The position numbers and the translations under genes are program-made. Under the pieces are notes generated by a model that was not told the DNA's origin, did no database searches, and was given only the letters and a program-made list of their open reading frames with translations. From Candidatus Rariloculus versatilis (GTDB lineage: Bacteria > Pseudomonadota > Gammaproteobacteria > Steroidobacterales > Rariloculaceae), in the NCBI GenBank assembly GCA_028278665.1, contig JAQAJI010000002.1, positions 8,380 through 72,379 of the forward strand: a stretch of 64,000 nt of DNA, in the 5' to 3' direction. Within the stretch, counting starts at the first letter, position 1. Every line of letters starts with the position of its first letter. Shown here piece by piece: positions 27,733-37,496 of the stretch.

Positions 27733-28661
27733 AGCGGCTGCGCGTCGCCGTCGTCGGCGTCGGCTATCTCGGCCGGTTCCACGCGCAAAAGTACTCGGCT
27801 CTGCCGGCTGCCGACCTCGTCGCCGTATGCGACCTGCGCGAAGCGGTGGGCCGGGAAGTCGCCGAGGAGTTGAACACGACATTTTGCGGCGACTACAGGA
27901 AACTGCCCGGCAAGGTCGACGCCGTCACGGTCGCCGCAAGCACGGCGGCGCACTTCGAGCTGACCCGATTCTTTCTCGAGCACGGCGTGCACGTGTTCGT
28001 CGAGAAGCCCATGACACCGACGAGCCGCGAGGCCATTGCCCTGACCGAGCTCGCCGAAGAGCGTGATCTGAAACTGCAGGTCGGGCATGTCGAGCGGTTC
28101 AATCCGGCGCTCTTGTCCGCGCGCGAGGCGCTCGACGACGTGCGTTTCATCGAGTGCCATCGGCTGGCGGCCTTCAAGTCCCGCGGCGCCGACATCAATG
28201 TCGTGCTCGATCTCATGATCCACGACCTTGACGTCATCCTCTCGCTCGTCGACGCAAGCCCGCGCCAGGTGTCGGCCGTCGGCATCGCCGTGTTGTCCGG
28301 CAGCACCGACATTGCCAACGCACGCATCGAGTTCGCGAACGGCGCGATCGCGAACGTCACCGCGTCACGCGTATCGATGAGCGCCCAGCGCAAGTTCAGG
28401 GTATTCCAGCAGAACCAGTACGTCTCGATCGATTTTGGCGGCGGCGAGGTGCGCCGCGTGAGGAGCGGCGGCGAGGTGCCTCTGCACGAGGAGAAGTGGA
28501 GTCTGGACAAGGGCGACGCGCTGTTGGCGGAAGCCGAGGCCTTCGTCGAATCCGTGCTCGACGATGTGCCCTGCCGCGTGACCGGGCGCGACGGCATCGC
28601 CGCGCTCGAGCTGGCCGAAGCGGTCATGGACGATATCGAGCGGGGATCCCGGCGGACTTGA
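27729..28661 (+). CDS. Gfo/Idh/MocA family NAD-dependent oxidoreductase (possible UDP-GlcNAc 3-dehydrogenase, GnnA-like)
   Basis: LRVAVVGVGYLGRFHA Rossmann motif and EKPM motif. GTG 27729 overlaps the lpxA stop (GTGA). Confidence 0.8.
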   Translation: MKRLRVAVVGVGYLGRFHAQKYSALPAADLVAVCDLREAVGREVAEELNTTFCGDYRKLPGKVDAVTVAASTAAHFELTRFFLEHGVHVFVEKPMTPTSREAIALTELAEERDLKLQVGHVERFNPALLSAREALDDVRFIECHRLAAFKSRGADINVVLDLMIHDLDVILSLVDASPRQVSAVGIAVLSGSTDIANARIEFANGAIANVTASRVSMSAQRKFRVFQQNQYVSIDFGGGEVRRVRSGGEVPLHEEKWSLDKGDALLAEAEAFVESVLDDVPCRVTGRDGIAALELAEAVMDDIERGSRRT

Positions 28662-28799
28662 TGCTGCGCGCAGTCGCACTGCCGTTCGCTCGAGACTCGC
28701 GGCAAATTCCTCCCTGTACCCTGCGCGCGCGTCACTTGCCGTTGCGGCTGGTCGGACGCGTATGCGGATCCACCCGGCGATGTGGGGCAGACCTTCGGG

Positions 28800-30200
<1,401 letters not shown>

Positions 30201-30209
30201 CGCTGTCGC

Positions 30210-31280
30210 CTACGCCGCGTCACCGGTGCCGTCAACCGGCAGTCGCATTCGAAACACCGTCCTGCCGGGGCGACTCTCGTATTCGATGTAGCCGCCATTG
30301 CGGCTGACGAGGTCCTGGGCGATCGTGAGACCGAGGCCGGTACCGGAGTTTCTGCCGGTCACCAGCGGAAAGAAGATCGTCCCGGCAAGCTCCGCGGAAA
30401 CGCCCGGCCCGTTGTCCTCCACCTCGGCCGACAGCACCAGGCGATGTTGTTCGCCGTCGATCGGGTGATTGTGCAGCGCCCGCGTTCTGAGCACGATCCG
30501 CCCGTCCTTGCCGACGGCCTGCGTGGCGTTGCGCGCGAGATTCAGGAACGCCTGGATCATCTGGCTCTGGTCCGCCCGGACCGACGGCAGGCTCGGGTCA
30601 TAGTCGCGCACGAGTTCGATGCCCGGCGAGATCTCTGCGGCCAACAGGTTCGCGACGCGCTCGGTGACTTCATGCAGGTTGAAATCGGCCGGCACCGGCG
30701 CCCCACCCGTCGAAAGGACGCTGTCGACCATCGCCGCAAGCCGATCGGCTTCGTCAATGATGACGCGCGTATAGTCCTTGAGATCCGCGCCAGGCAACTG
30801 GCGCTCGAGTAGCTGCGCCGCACCGCGCAGACCGACGAGCGGGTTCTTGACCTCGTGAGCGAGTTGGCGGATCACCTGCCGCGACAGCTTTCGCTGCGCG
30901 GCGATCTCCGCCTCGCGGCGGATTGTTCGATCGCGGTCGGTATCGAACAGCTCGAGCAGGAGCCCGGGCTCGCCCTCGATCGGCGCCGCCTGGCAGTGCA
31001 GATTGAGTTCGCGCTCCCCGAAGCGGGCCGAGAGCTCCCTGAGGCCGATGGTCAGCCCCGTGCGCAGGGCTCGCCGGCAGAGCTTGACGAGTTCGTCAGC
31101 CGGTTGCGCCAGCGATTCGATCGTCCGGCCGATGACCTGACGCTCGCTCATGCCGAGCAGGTTCTCCGCGGCGTCATTGAGATAGCTCACGGTCAACGAG
31201 TCATCGACGGCGACCAGCGCCGTCGTCTGGCTGCGCAGCAGACTGCCGGAGGCAGGCGCGCGCGGTCGGCGGGTTTTCAG
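30210..31280 (-). CDS. ntrB: nitrogen regulation sensor histidine kinase NtrB
   Basis: PAS domain, H-box LAHEVKNPL, N-box and G-boxes (DNGPGV, GTGLGL). About 356 aa, if translation begins at the only candidate near the expected N-terminus, CTG 31280. The start is unresolved. Confidence 0.82.
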   Translation of the reverse strand: MKTRRPRAPASGSLLRSQTTALVAVDDSLTVSYLNDAAENLLGMSERQVIGRTIESLAQPADELVKLCRRALRTGLTIGLRELSARFGERELNLHCQAAPIEGEPGLLLELFDTDRDRTIRREAEIAAQRKLSRQVIRQLAHEVKNPLVGLRGAAQLLERQLPGADLKDYTRVIIDEADRLAAMVDSVLSTGGAPVPADFNLHEVTERVANLLAAEISPGIELVRDYDPSLPSVRADQSQMIQAFLNLARNATQAVGKDGRIVLRTRALHNHPIDGEQHRLVLSAEVEDNGPGVSAELAGTIFFPLVTGRNSGTGLGLTIAQDLVSRNGGYIEYESRPGRTVFRMRLPVDGTGDAA

Positions 31281-31828
31281 CGACGGTTTTGCGGATTGTT
31301 CGGGTTGAGAGTGCTCGTCTGCCGCACCATGAACGTCACGCCAGGCGAGCGCAGCACTTCCTCGTCGCGTTCGTTGACGATCACGGCACTGATCGTATGC
31401 AGACCCCGGTAGACGTCGGGCACCGTGAGCCTGGGACCGGCGCCGGCTGACTCTATCCGCCGGCCGTCGAGGTCTGCGAGCAGGCGATGGCCGGGTTGCA
31501 GGGCCGGCGTCAGCTCCACGATCACTTCGAGCCGTCCCTCGGTATTCCACAGCGTCTGCCCGTCCGCCGGGCTCGCGATGGCGAACGCCGTGTACGACGG
31601 TATTGCCAGAGCGGAGTCCGTGGCGCCCGGTACCGATGCGCTCGCCGTCGGAGTCGACGGCGGGCGCAGTGAAATGACCGGCGCGCTGCCGAGTTCGATG
31701 CGGCTGGCGCCGGGCATCGGGCGGTCGGAGAAGTGCTGGCGGCCGGTCTCGTCCACCCACATCCAGACCGGCACGGCGAGGCTCGCTGTCGACCAGAGCA
31801 TGCCGAAAAGTATCAGCCACGAACGCAT
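31277..31828 (-). CDS. DUF4124-like secreted protein
   Basis: Signal peptide MRSWLILFGMLWSTASLA followed by VWMWVDETGRQHFSDRP, the typical DUF4124 opening. It sits between glnA and ntrB. Confidence 0.72.
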   Translation of the reverse strand: MRSWLILFGMLWSTASLAVPVWMWVDETGRQHFSDRPMPGASRIELGSAPVISLRPPSTPTASASVPGATDSALAIPSYTAFAIASPADGQTLWNTEGRLEVIVELTPALQPGHRLLADLDGRRIESAGAGPRLTVPDVYRGLHTISAVIVNERDEEVLRSPGVTFMVRQTSTLNPNNPQNRR

Positions 31829-31871
31829 ACCCCTAGCTTAGCGACGCCCTCCGGGACACGCCAACCGAACG

Positions 31872-31894
31872 GGCGGGATCTGCACGATCCCGCC
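31872..31894 (-). terminator. hairpin between glnA and the downstream DUF4124-ntrBC genes (attenuating terminator candidate)
   Basis: GGCGGGATC-tgcac-GATCCCGCC, a 9-bp perfect stem 37 nt after the glnA stop. The U tract is weak. Confidence 0.45.
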
Positions 31895-31930
31895 ACATTG
31901 GGTGGCCGAGGGACGCTTTGTGTCGGCCGC

Positions 31931-33340
31931 TTACAAGCTGTAGTACATCTCGAATTCGACAGGATGCGTCGATTTCTGCAACAACGTGATCTCGTCCTGC
32001 TTGAGCTCGATGTACGCGTCGATGAGATCGTCGCTGAAAACGTCGCCGGCCTTGAGGAAGTCGCGGTCCGCGTCGAGCTCTTCGAGCGCTTCCTGCAGCG
32101 AGAAGCAGACGGTCCGGATGTCCTTCTCCTCTTCGGGCGGCAGATCGTAGAGGTCCTTGTCGACGGGCTCGCCCGGATCGATCTTGTTCACGATGCCGTC
32201 GAGGCCTGCCATCAACATTGCACTGAACGCGAAGTACGGGTTGCCGGTGCTGTCCGGGAACCGGACCTCGACCCGGCGCGCCTTCGGATTCGCGACGAAC
32301 GGTACGCGCACCGCAGCGGAGCGGTTGCGCGCGGAGTGCGCGATCAGCGTCGGAGCCTCGAAGCCCTTGACGAGGCGCTTGTAACTGTTCGTCGCGGCAT
32401 TCGTGAACGCGTTCAATGCGCGCGCATGCTTCTTGACGCCGCCGATGTAGTAAAGCGCCGCATCGGAAAGCCCCGCGTAGCCGTCGCCGGTGAAGATGTT
32501 CTGGCCGTCCTTCGCCAGCGACTGATGCACGTGCGCGCCGTTGCCGTTGTCGTCGACGAGCGGCTTGGGCATGAAGGTCGCGGTCTTGCCGTAGCTGTCA
32601 GCGACATTCATGACGACGTACTTGAGGATCTGAACGGCGTCGGCCTTCTTGACCAACGTGTCGAACATGACGCCGATTTCGCCCTGTCCACCCGTGGAGA
32701 CCTCGTGATGGTGCACCTCCGTCGTCAGGCCCATCTCCTCGAGCGCCAGACACATCGCCGAGCGGACGTCGGCCAGCGAGTCGACCGGCGGCACCGGAAA
32801 GTAACCGCCCTTGACCCTGGGTCGGTGCCCGATGTTGCCCCCCTCGAATTCGTCGCCGGACTGCCAGGCGCCCTCGTTCGACCTGATTTCGTAGGACGTG
32901 CGATGCATATCGGTCCGCCAGCGCACGTCGTCGAAAACGAAGAACTCGTTTTCCGGACCGAAATACGCCGCATCGGCGATGCCGGTCGACTTCAGATACG
33001 CCTCGGCACGCACGGCCGTGGAACGCGGGTCGCGACCGTAGCCCTGCAGGGTCATCGGCTCGATAACGTTGCAGAACATGTTGAGCGTCGCTTCCTCGGT
33101 GAACGGATCAAGAACCGCCGTGGACGTATCCGGCATCAGAATCATGTCGGACTCGTGGATCCCCCTCCATCCGGCGATGGATGAGCCGTCGAACATCTTG
33201 CCGTCTTCGAAAAAGGCTTCGTCGACGATGTGTGACGGCACGCTGACGTGCTGTTCCTTTCCGCGCGTGTCCGTCAGGCGCAGATCGACGAACTTGACGC
33301 CGTTTTCTTCAATCATTTTCAAAACGTCGGCTGACGACAT
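31931..33340 (-). CDS. glnA: glutamine synthetase type I
   Basis: [32 protein letters not shown]... with a GSI pattern throughout. The adenylylation-loop region NLYDLPPEE is present. ATG 33340 with a GGAGGAG RBS. Confidence 0.96.
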   Translation of the reverse strand: MSSADVLKMIEENGVKFVDLRLTDTRGKEQHVSVPSHIVDEAFFEDGKMFDGSSIAGWRGIHESDMILMPDTSTAVLDPFTEEATLNMFCNVIEPMTLQGYGRDPRSTAVRAEAYLKSTGIADAAYFGPENEFFVFDDVRWRTDMHRTSYEIRSNEGAWQSGDEFEGGNIGHRPRVKGGYFPVPPVDSLADVRSAMCLALEEMGLTTEVHHHEVSTGGQGEIGVMFDTLVKKADAVQILKYVVMNVADSYGKTATFMPKPLVDDNGNGAHVHQSLAKDGQNIFTGDGYAGLSDAALYYIGGVKKHARALNAFTNAATNSYKRLVKGFEAPTLIAHSARNRSAAVRVPFVANPKARRVEVRFPDSTGNPYFAFSAMLMAGLDGIVNKIDPGEPVDKDLYDLPPEEEKDIRTVCFSLQEALEELDADRDFLKAGDVFSDDLIDAYIELKQDEITLLQKSTHPVEFEMYYSL

Positions 33341-33444
33341 GATTCTCCTCCATTGATAACTGAGTTGCCGTGGATCCAACACGACCGGATACCAGCGCCC
33401 ACGGGCGCGCACCCGGTCAGAACACCGATGTTGAACCTCCACCG

Positions 33445-33461
33445 ATGCATCAAGCGTGCCA
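33445..33461 (-). promoter_or_regulatory. sigma-54 promoter of glnA (glnAp2-like)
   Basis: The minus strand reads TGGCACgcttgATGCAt, about 105 nt upstream of the glnA ATG. Confidence 0.7.
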
Positions 33462-33556
33462 ATCGAAACAAAGCGCGTTTCGCCTTTCTTCTGCGGAGCG
33501 CGTGGCCGCCATCCGGCGCTCTCCTGCCCCGGGTTGGAACGAAACGCGCGACATGA

Positions 33557-33573
33557 TGCACCAAAACGGTGCA
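33557..33573. promoter_or_regulatory. NtrC binding site (UAS)
   Basis: TGCACCaaaacGGTGCA, a perfect dyad matching the NtrC consensus TGCACC-N5-GGTGCA, about 100 bp upstream of the -24 element. A TGGTGC half-site follows at 33584..33589. Confidence 0.75.
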
Positions 33574-33707
33574 AAAAGAAAAGTGGTGCCGGCCGGGCTT
33601 GCGGGACATCCGGACCGCCGCCGGCACGCTCCCGATCCGACCGCCTGCCGCCGCCGCTGCCATGCCCCGCAGGCGCCACTCGGCGGGGGCGCGGTCTCGA
33701 ACGGGAA

Positions 33708-34019
33708 TCAGCCTGCGGTCGTCTTGCCCGCTTCGTTGTCGATGACCATCAACGTGTCGACGTAGAACAGTTCAGGGTCGGCGCCGAACTTTGCCTTGAA
33801 ATGGGTCAGGAACTGGTCGTTGAAAAACGCCCGGGCATCGGCCTCGCTTTCCCACAGGTAAACGGAGTGGCCGGTATGGTTGCCCTCGTCATAACTGAAA
33901 TACTTGCGAATGAGCTTCGGCGTCGCCCGAAAGCGCCCTTCGACCTCCCTGAAGCCTTCCATCATCTTCTCGCGCGGGACGGGCCCGGGCAGGACGTACT
34001 TGACGAGAACCGTGTGCAT
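33708..34019 (-). CDS. YdhR-like small dimeric alpha/beta-barrel protein (putative monooxygenase)
   Basis: [26 protein letters not shown]...[13 protein letters not shown], 103 aa, with an AAAGGAG RBS before ATG 34019. The track ORF continues upstream to 34343 (see the relic entry). Confidence 0.62.
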   Translation of the reverse strand: MHTVLVKYVLPGPVPREKMMEGFREVEGRFRATPKLIRKYFSYDEGNHTGHSVYLWESEADARAFFNDQFLTHFKAKFGADPELFYVDTLMVIDNEAGKTTAG

Positions 34020-34052
34020 GAAGTTGCTCCTTTCAGCGGGTCGATTGCTGCG

Positions 34053-34211
34053 AACCATACGCTCGGCGACGTGTGACCCCCACGTTGCAATGCTGAGCGA
34101 CGGCGGTACACCCACGGGCTGCGGGAAGGCCGAGGCATCGGCGACATACAGCCCCGGATGATCGTGGACCTGGCCGCTGCCGTCGGACCGGTGACCCACC
34201 GTCCTGGCCGC
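34053..34211 (-). pseudogene. relic of the C-terminal end of a GMC-family (choline dehydrogenase-like) oxidoreductase
   Basis: ARTVGHRSDGSGQVHDHPGLYVADASAFPQPVGVPPSLSIATWGSHVAERM resembles the conserved GMC C-terminal block (GTxRMG...V.D...RVHG..NLYV.DASV.P...G.NP.LTI.A.A.R.A). No upstream remainder of such a gene exists, and there is no stop before ydhR. Confidence 0.4.
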
Positions 34212-34514
34212 GCCCTCGCGAGGCCGCGAATCCGACTCCCGATTGGCCGTTGCTCCTGCCAGCCGAATCGTCCACCAGCGGGCAAGGGCGACGGAAATCC
34301 TACCATTGCCTGCTGCTGAAACGATCCGGCGCCCGACAACCATGGAAACTTCCGGTCTCGCCGGGCGTCCGACGAAATCCCCGACCCTGAACCGGTGCCC
34401 GCAACAGCGGATGTGATCTTTCGGCGCGAATAACTCGCGTGGTTCGTTCCCGGCGAACGCCGCGCGTCGCTATACTCTCGCGCTTCGCCTCCGCTCAAGA
34501 CAGTGCAAGCCGCC

Positions 34515-36080
34515 ATGGACTCGATGGAAAAAATCGTCTCGCTCAGCAAGCGCCGGGGCTTCGTGTTTCCGTCGAGCGAGATCTATGGGGGCCTCAACGG
34601 CTTCTGGGACTACGGTCCACTCGGCGTCGCCCTGAAGCGCAACGTCAAGCAGGCCTGGTGGGACGACATGATCGCCCATCACGACGAAACCGCTGCGGAA
34701 ACCGGCGCGCCATCGCCCTTCGACATGGTCGGTATCGACAGCGCGCTGCTCCTGAACCCGAAGGTCTGGGAGGCGAGCGGCCACCTGAGCGGTTTCAGCG
34801 ACCCGATGGTGGATTGCCGGGAGACCCGGGCCCGCTACCGGGCCGATCAACTTGTCGTGTTCGCGCTCGTATTGGAGACAGAGAATGGCGGCCGGGAAAC
34901 GATCACGGACGTACTATTCGCGTCGCCCGGTGAAGCCGGCAAGTCGCCTCAAGACGAACTCCTCGCACCGCACCGCAAACAACTGAGGCGGATTCTGAAG
35001 TCGCGGCCCGGCGGCGATGCCCTGTCGATCGAAGCGATCGCCGGCGCCCTGGAAGACGAGTCGGCGCGCGCCAGAACGCTGGCACCCGGAGCCACCGAGC
35101 CCGGCACCTTGACGGCGCCGCGCGCGTTCAACCTCATGTTCAAGACCTACATCGGCGCGCTCGAGGACAGCTCGAGCGCCGCGTATCTTCGCCCTGAGAC
35201 AGCTCAGGGAATCTTTCTGAATTTCAAGAACGTACTGGACACTGCCCGCGTCAGGCTGCCGTTCGGCATCGGCCAGGTCGGCAAGGCTTTCCGCAACGAG
35301 ATCAACCCGCGCAACTTCACGTTCCGCAGCCGCGAGTTCGAACAGATGGAAGTGGAGTTCTTCTGCCGGGCAGCCGACGCTGAGGCCTGGTACGTCTATT
35401 GGCGGGACAGGCGTTACCGCTGGTACGTCGACCTCGGACTCCGGCCGGAAAATCTCGCGCTTCGCGAGCATGAGGATTCGGAACTCGCCCACTACGCAGC
35501 GGCCTGCGCCGACGTCGAATACCGCTTCCCGTTCGGTCAGAGCGAGCTTGAGGGCATCGCCAATCGCACGGACTTCGATCTCCGCCAGCACATGCAGGCG
35601 AGCGGCAAGGACCTGCGCTACTTCGACGACCAGGCCGGGCCGGACGAAGAGCGCCGTTACCTGCCGCACGTCATCGAGCCCTCGGCCGGCGCTGACCGGG
35701 CCACGCTCGCTTTCCTCTGCGACGCGTACACGGAGGACGAAGTCGGCGGCGAACGCCGCACGGTCATGAAGCTGCACCCGAGACTCGCGCCGGTCAAGGT
35801 CGCGGTGTTTCCGCTCGTTCGCAAGGAAGGGATGCCCGAGCGCGCGCTCGGGATCTATCGCGAACTGCGCGGCAAGCTCGACGCCGCATACGACGAGAAG
35901 GGCGCGATCGGCCGGCGCTACCGGCGCCAGGACGAAGCCGGCACGCCGTACTGCGTCACGATCGACGGCCGGACACTTGGCGACGACACGGTCACTGTGC
36001 GCGAACGCGACAGTTGCGAACAACGGCGGGTCGGTAGCGGCCAACTGGCCGATTACCTGGCTCAGTGCATCGGGGGCTGA
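34515..36080 (+). CDS. glycine--tRNA ligase, single-chain alpha2 (class IIa) type
   Basis: KRRGFVFPSSEIYGGLNGFWDYGPLG, FRNEI.PRNFTFR.REFEQME, the class II motifs and a C-terminal anticodon-binding domain. It carries a roughly 90-aa insertion. ATG 34515 (track GTG 34503). Confidence 0.9.
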   Translation: MDSMEKIVSLSKRRGFVFPSSEIYGGLNGFWDYGPLGVALKRNVKQAWWDDMIAHHDETAAETGAPSPFDMVGIDSALLLNPKVWEASGHLSGFSDPMVDCRETRARYRADQLVVFALVLETENGGRETITDVLFASPGEAGKSPQDELLAPHRKQLRRILKSRPGGDALSIEAIAGALEDESARARTLAPGATEPGTLTAPRAFNLMFKTYIGALEDSSSAAYLRPETAQGIFLNFKNVLDTARVRLPFGIGQVGKAFRNEINPRNFTFRSREFEQMEVEFFCRAADAEAWYVYWRDRRYRWYVDLGLRPENLALREHEDSELAHYAAACADVEYRFPFGQSELEGIANRTDFDLRQHMQASGKDLRYFDDQAGPDEERRYLPHVIEPSAGADRATLAFLCDAYTEDEVGGERRTVMKLHPRLAPVKVAVFPLVRKEGMPERALGIYRELRGKLDAAYDEKGAIGRRYRRQDEAGTPYCVTIDGRTLGDDTVTVRERDSCEQRRVGSGQLADYLAQCIGG

Positions 36081-36083
36081 CGC

Positions 36084-36644
36084 GTGGGCGAGGCGGCGGG
36101 CCAGCTCATCGTTCTCGATCGTGACGGCGTCATCAACCAGGACTCCGCCGACTACATCAAGTCACCCTCCGAGTGGCTCGCGATCCCGGGCAGCCTCGAG
36201 GCGATAGCCGGTTTGCATCGGGCCGGGTGGCGCGTCGTCGTCGTCAGCAACCAGTCAGGCGTCGGTCGGGGCCTCTTTTCGGCGCGGACGCTGAAGGCTA
36301 TCAACGCGCGCATGGAGCACGAGGTCGAGGCCGCCGGCGGCTCGCTCGCGGGCGTGTACTGCTGCCCGCATCGGCCCGACGAGGGCTGCGACTGCCGCAA
36401 GCCCGCGCCGGGCCTCTTGCGGCAGATCGAACGTGATTTCGGGAGATCCTTGCTCGACGCGCCCTTGATCGGCGACAAGTTGTCCGACATTGACGCCGCC
36501 CTCGCCGTAGGCGCGCGGCCGATGCTCGTCAGAACCGGATACGGGCAGCAGGCCGCGAAAACTCTCGGCGACCGCAAGGCGGAAATCCACGCCGACCTCG
36601 CAAGCGCGGTGTCGGCGCTGCTCGACGAGCGGCCCGGTGGCTGA
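36084..36644 (+). CDS. gmhB: D-glycero-beta-D-manno-heptose-1,7-bisphosphate 7-phosphatase
   Basis: HAD motif LDRDGVIN, SNQSGVGRG, zinc-finger CPHRPDEGCDCRKP and GDKLSD. GTG start 3 nt after the glyRS stop. Confidence 0.85.
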   Translation: MGEAAGQLIVLDRDGVINQDSADYIKSPSEWLAIPGSLEAIAGLHRAGWRVVVVSNQSGVGRGLFSARTLKAINARMEHEVEAAGGSLAGVYCCPHRPDEGCDCRKPAPGLLRQIERDFGRSLLDAPLIGDKLSDIDAALAVGARPMLVRTGYGQQAAKTLGDRKAEIHADLASAVSALLDERPGG

Positions 36645-36645
36645 C

Positions 36646-37368
36646 ATGCGTCAGTGGCTCGGTTCGATCGTCTTCACTCTGTATCTGTTTATTTCCGTTG
36701 CGCTTTTCAGCTTCGTTGTCCTTGCAAGCGCGCCGTTCGGGCACCGCGTGACATACCGTTTGTGCGTTTACTGGGCAGACTCCGCGCGGTACCTGCTGCG
36801 CAAGCTCTGTCGACTCGACCATGTCGTTCAGGGGCTTGAAAACCTGCCCCGGCAGAACACGGTCCTGCTTGTGAAACATTCGTCAGCCTGGGAGGCGCTC
36901 GCGGTACTGAAGCATTTTCCGACGCAGACCTGGGTCGTAAAGCGGGAATTGCTGTTCGCGCCTTTACTCGGCTGGGTGCTCATGTTGCTCAAGCCCATCG
37001 CGATCGACCGCCGTTCCGGGCGCATCGCCGTACAGAAGGTCATCGACGAGGGTCGCAAACGCCTCGCGGAAGGCTTCTGGATCGTCATCTTTCCCGAGGG
37101 CACGCGGGTCCCGCCGGGCGAGTCGCGGCGCTACGGGCTCAGCGGCGCGCTGCTTGCGAGTGCCGCCGGGCGCCCCGTCGTACCTGTCGCGCACAACGCG
37201 GGCGTGTACTGGCCGCGACGCGGTTGGCTCAAGCGTCCGGGAACGATTCAGTTCGCGATCGGTCCCGCCATCCCGACCGTCGGCCGCGAACCGCGGGAGG
37301 TCGTTGCCGAGGTTCGCGCGTGGATCGAGGCCAGGATCGCTGAAATGGATTCGCCGCCCGCAGAATAG
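36646..37368 (+). CDS. plsC: 1-acyl-sn-glycerol-3-phosphate acyltransferase
   Basis: N-terminal TM, HSSAWE (an HX4D/E variant) and FPEGTR motifs. ATG 36646 is chosen; GTG 36637, which overlaps gmhB, is the alternative. Confidence 0.85.
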   Translation: MRQWLGSIVFTLYLFISVALFSFVVLASAPFGHRVTYRLCVYWADSARYLLRKLCRLDHVVQGLENLPRQNTVLLVKHSSAWEALAVLKHFPTQTWVVKRELLFAPLLGWVLMLLKPIAIDRRSGRIAVQKVIDEGRKRLAEGFWIVIFPEGTRVPPGESRRYGLSGALLASAAGRPVVPVAHNAGVYWPRRGWLKRPGTIQFAIGPAIPTVGREPREVVAEVRAWIEARIAEMDSPPAE

Positions 37369-37496
37369 CGGCGACCATGGTGGCAGGAGCAGGTGCGCGC
37401 AGGCGGGGCCGCGGAAGGCAGAGCGGCTGAAGTCGAATTGCGCAGCATGTAGTATTCGTGTTCGGAGCGCATCGATACCACCACGGGAGTTTGCAA

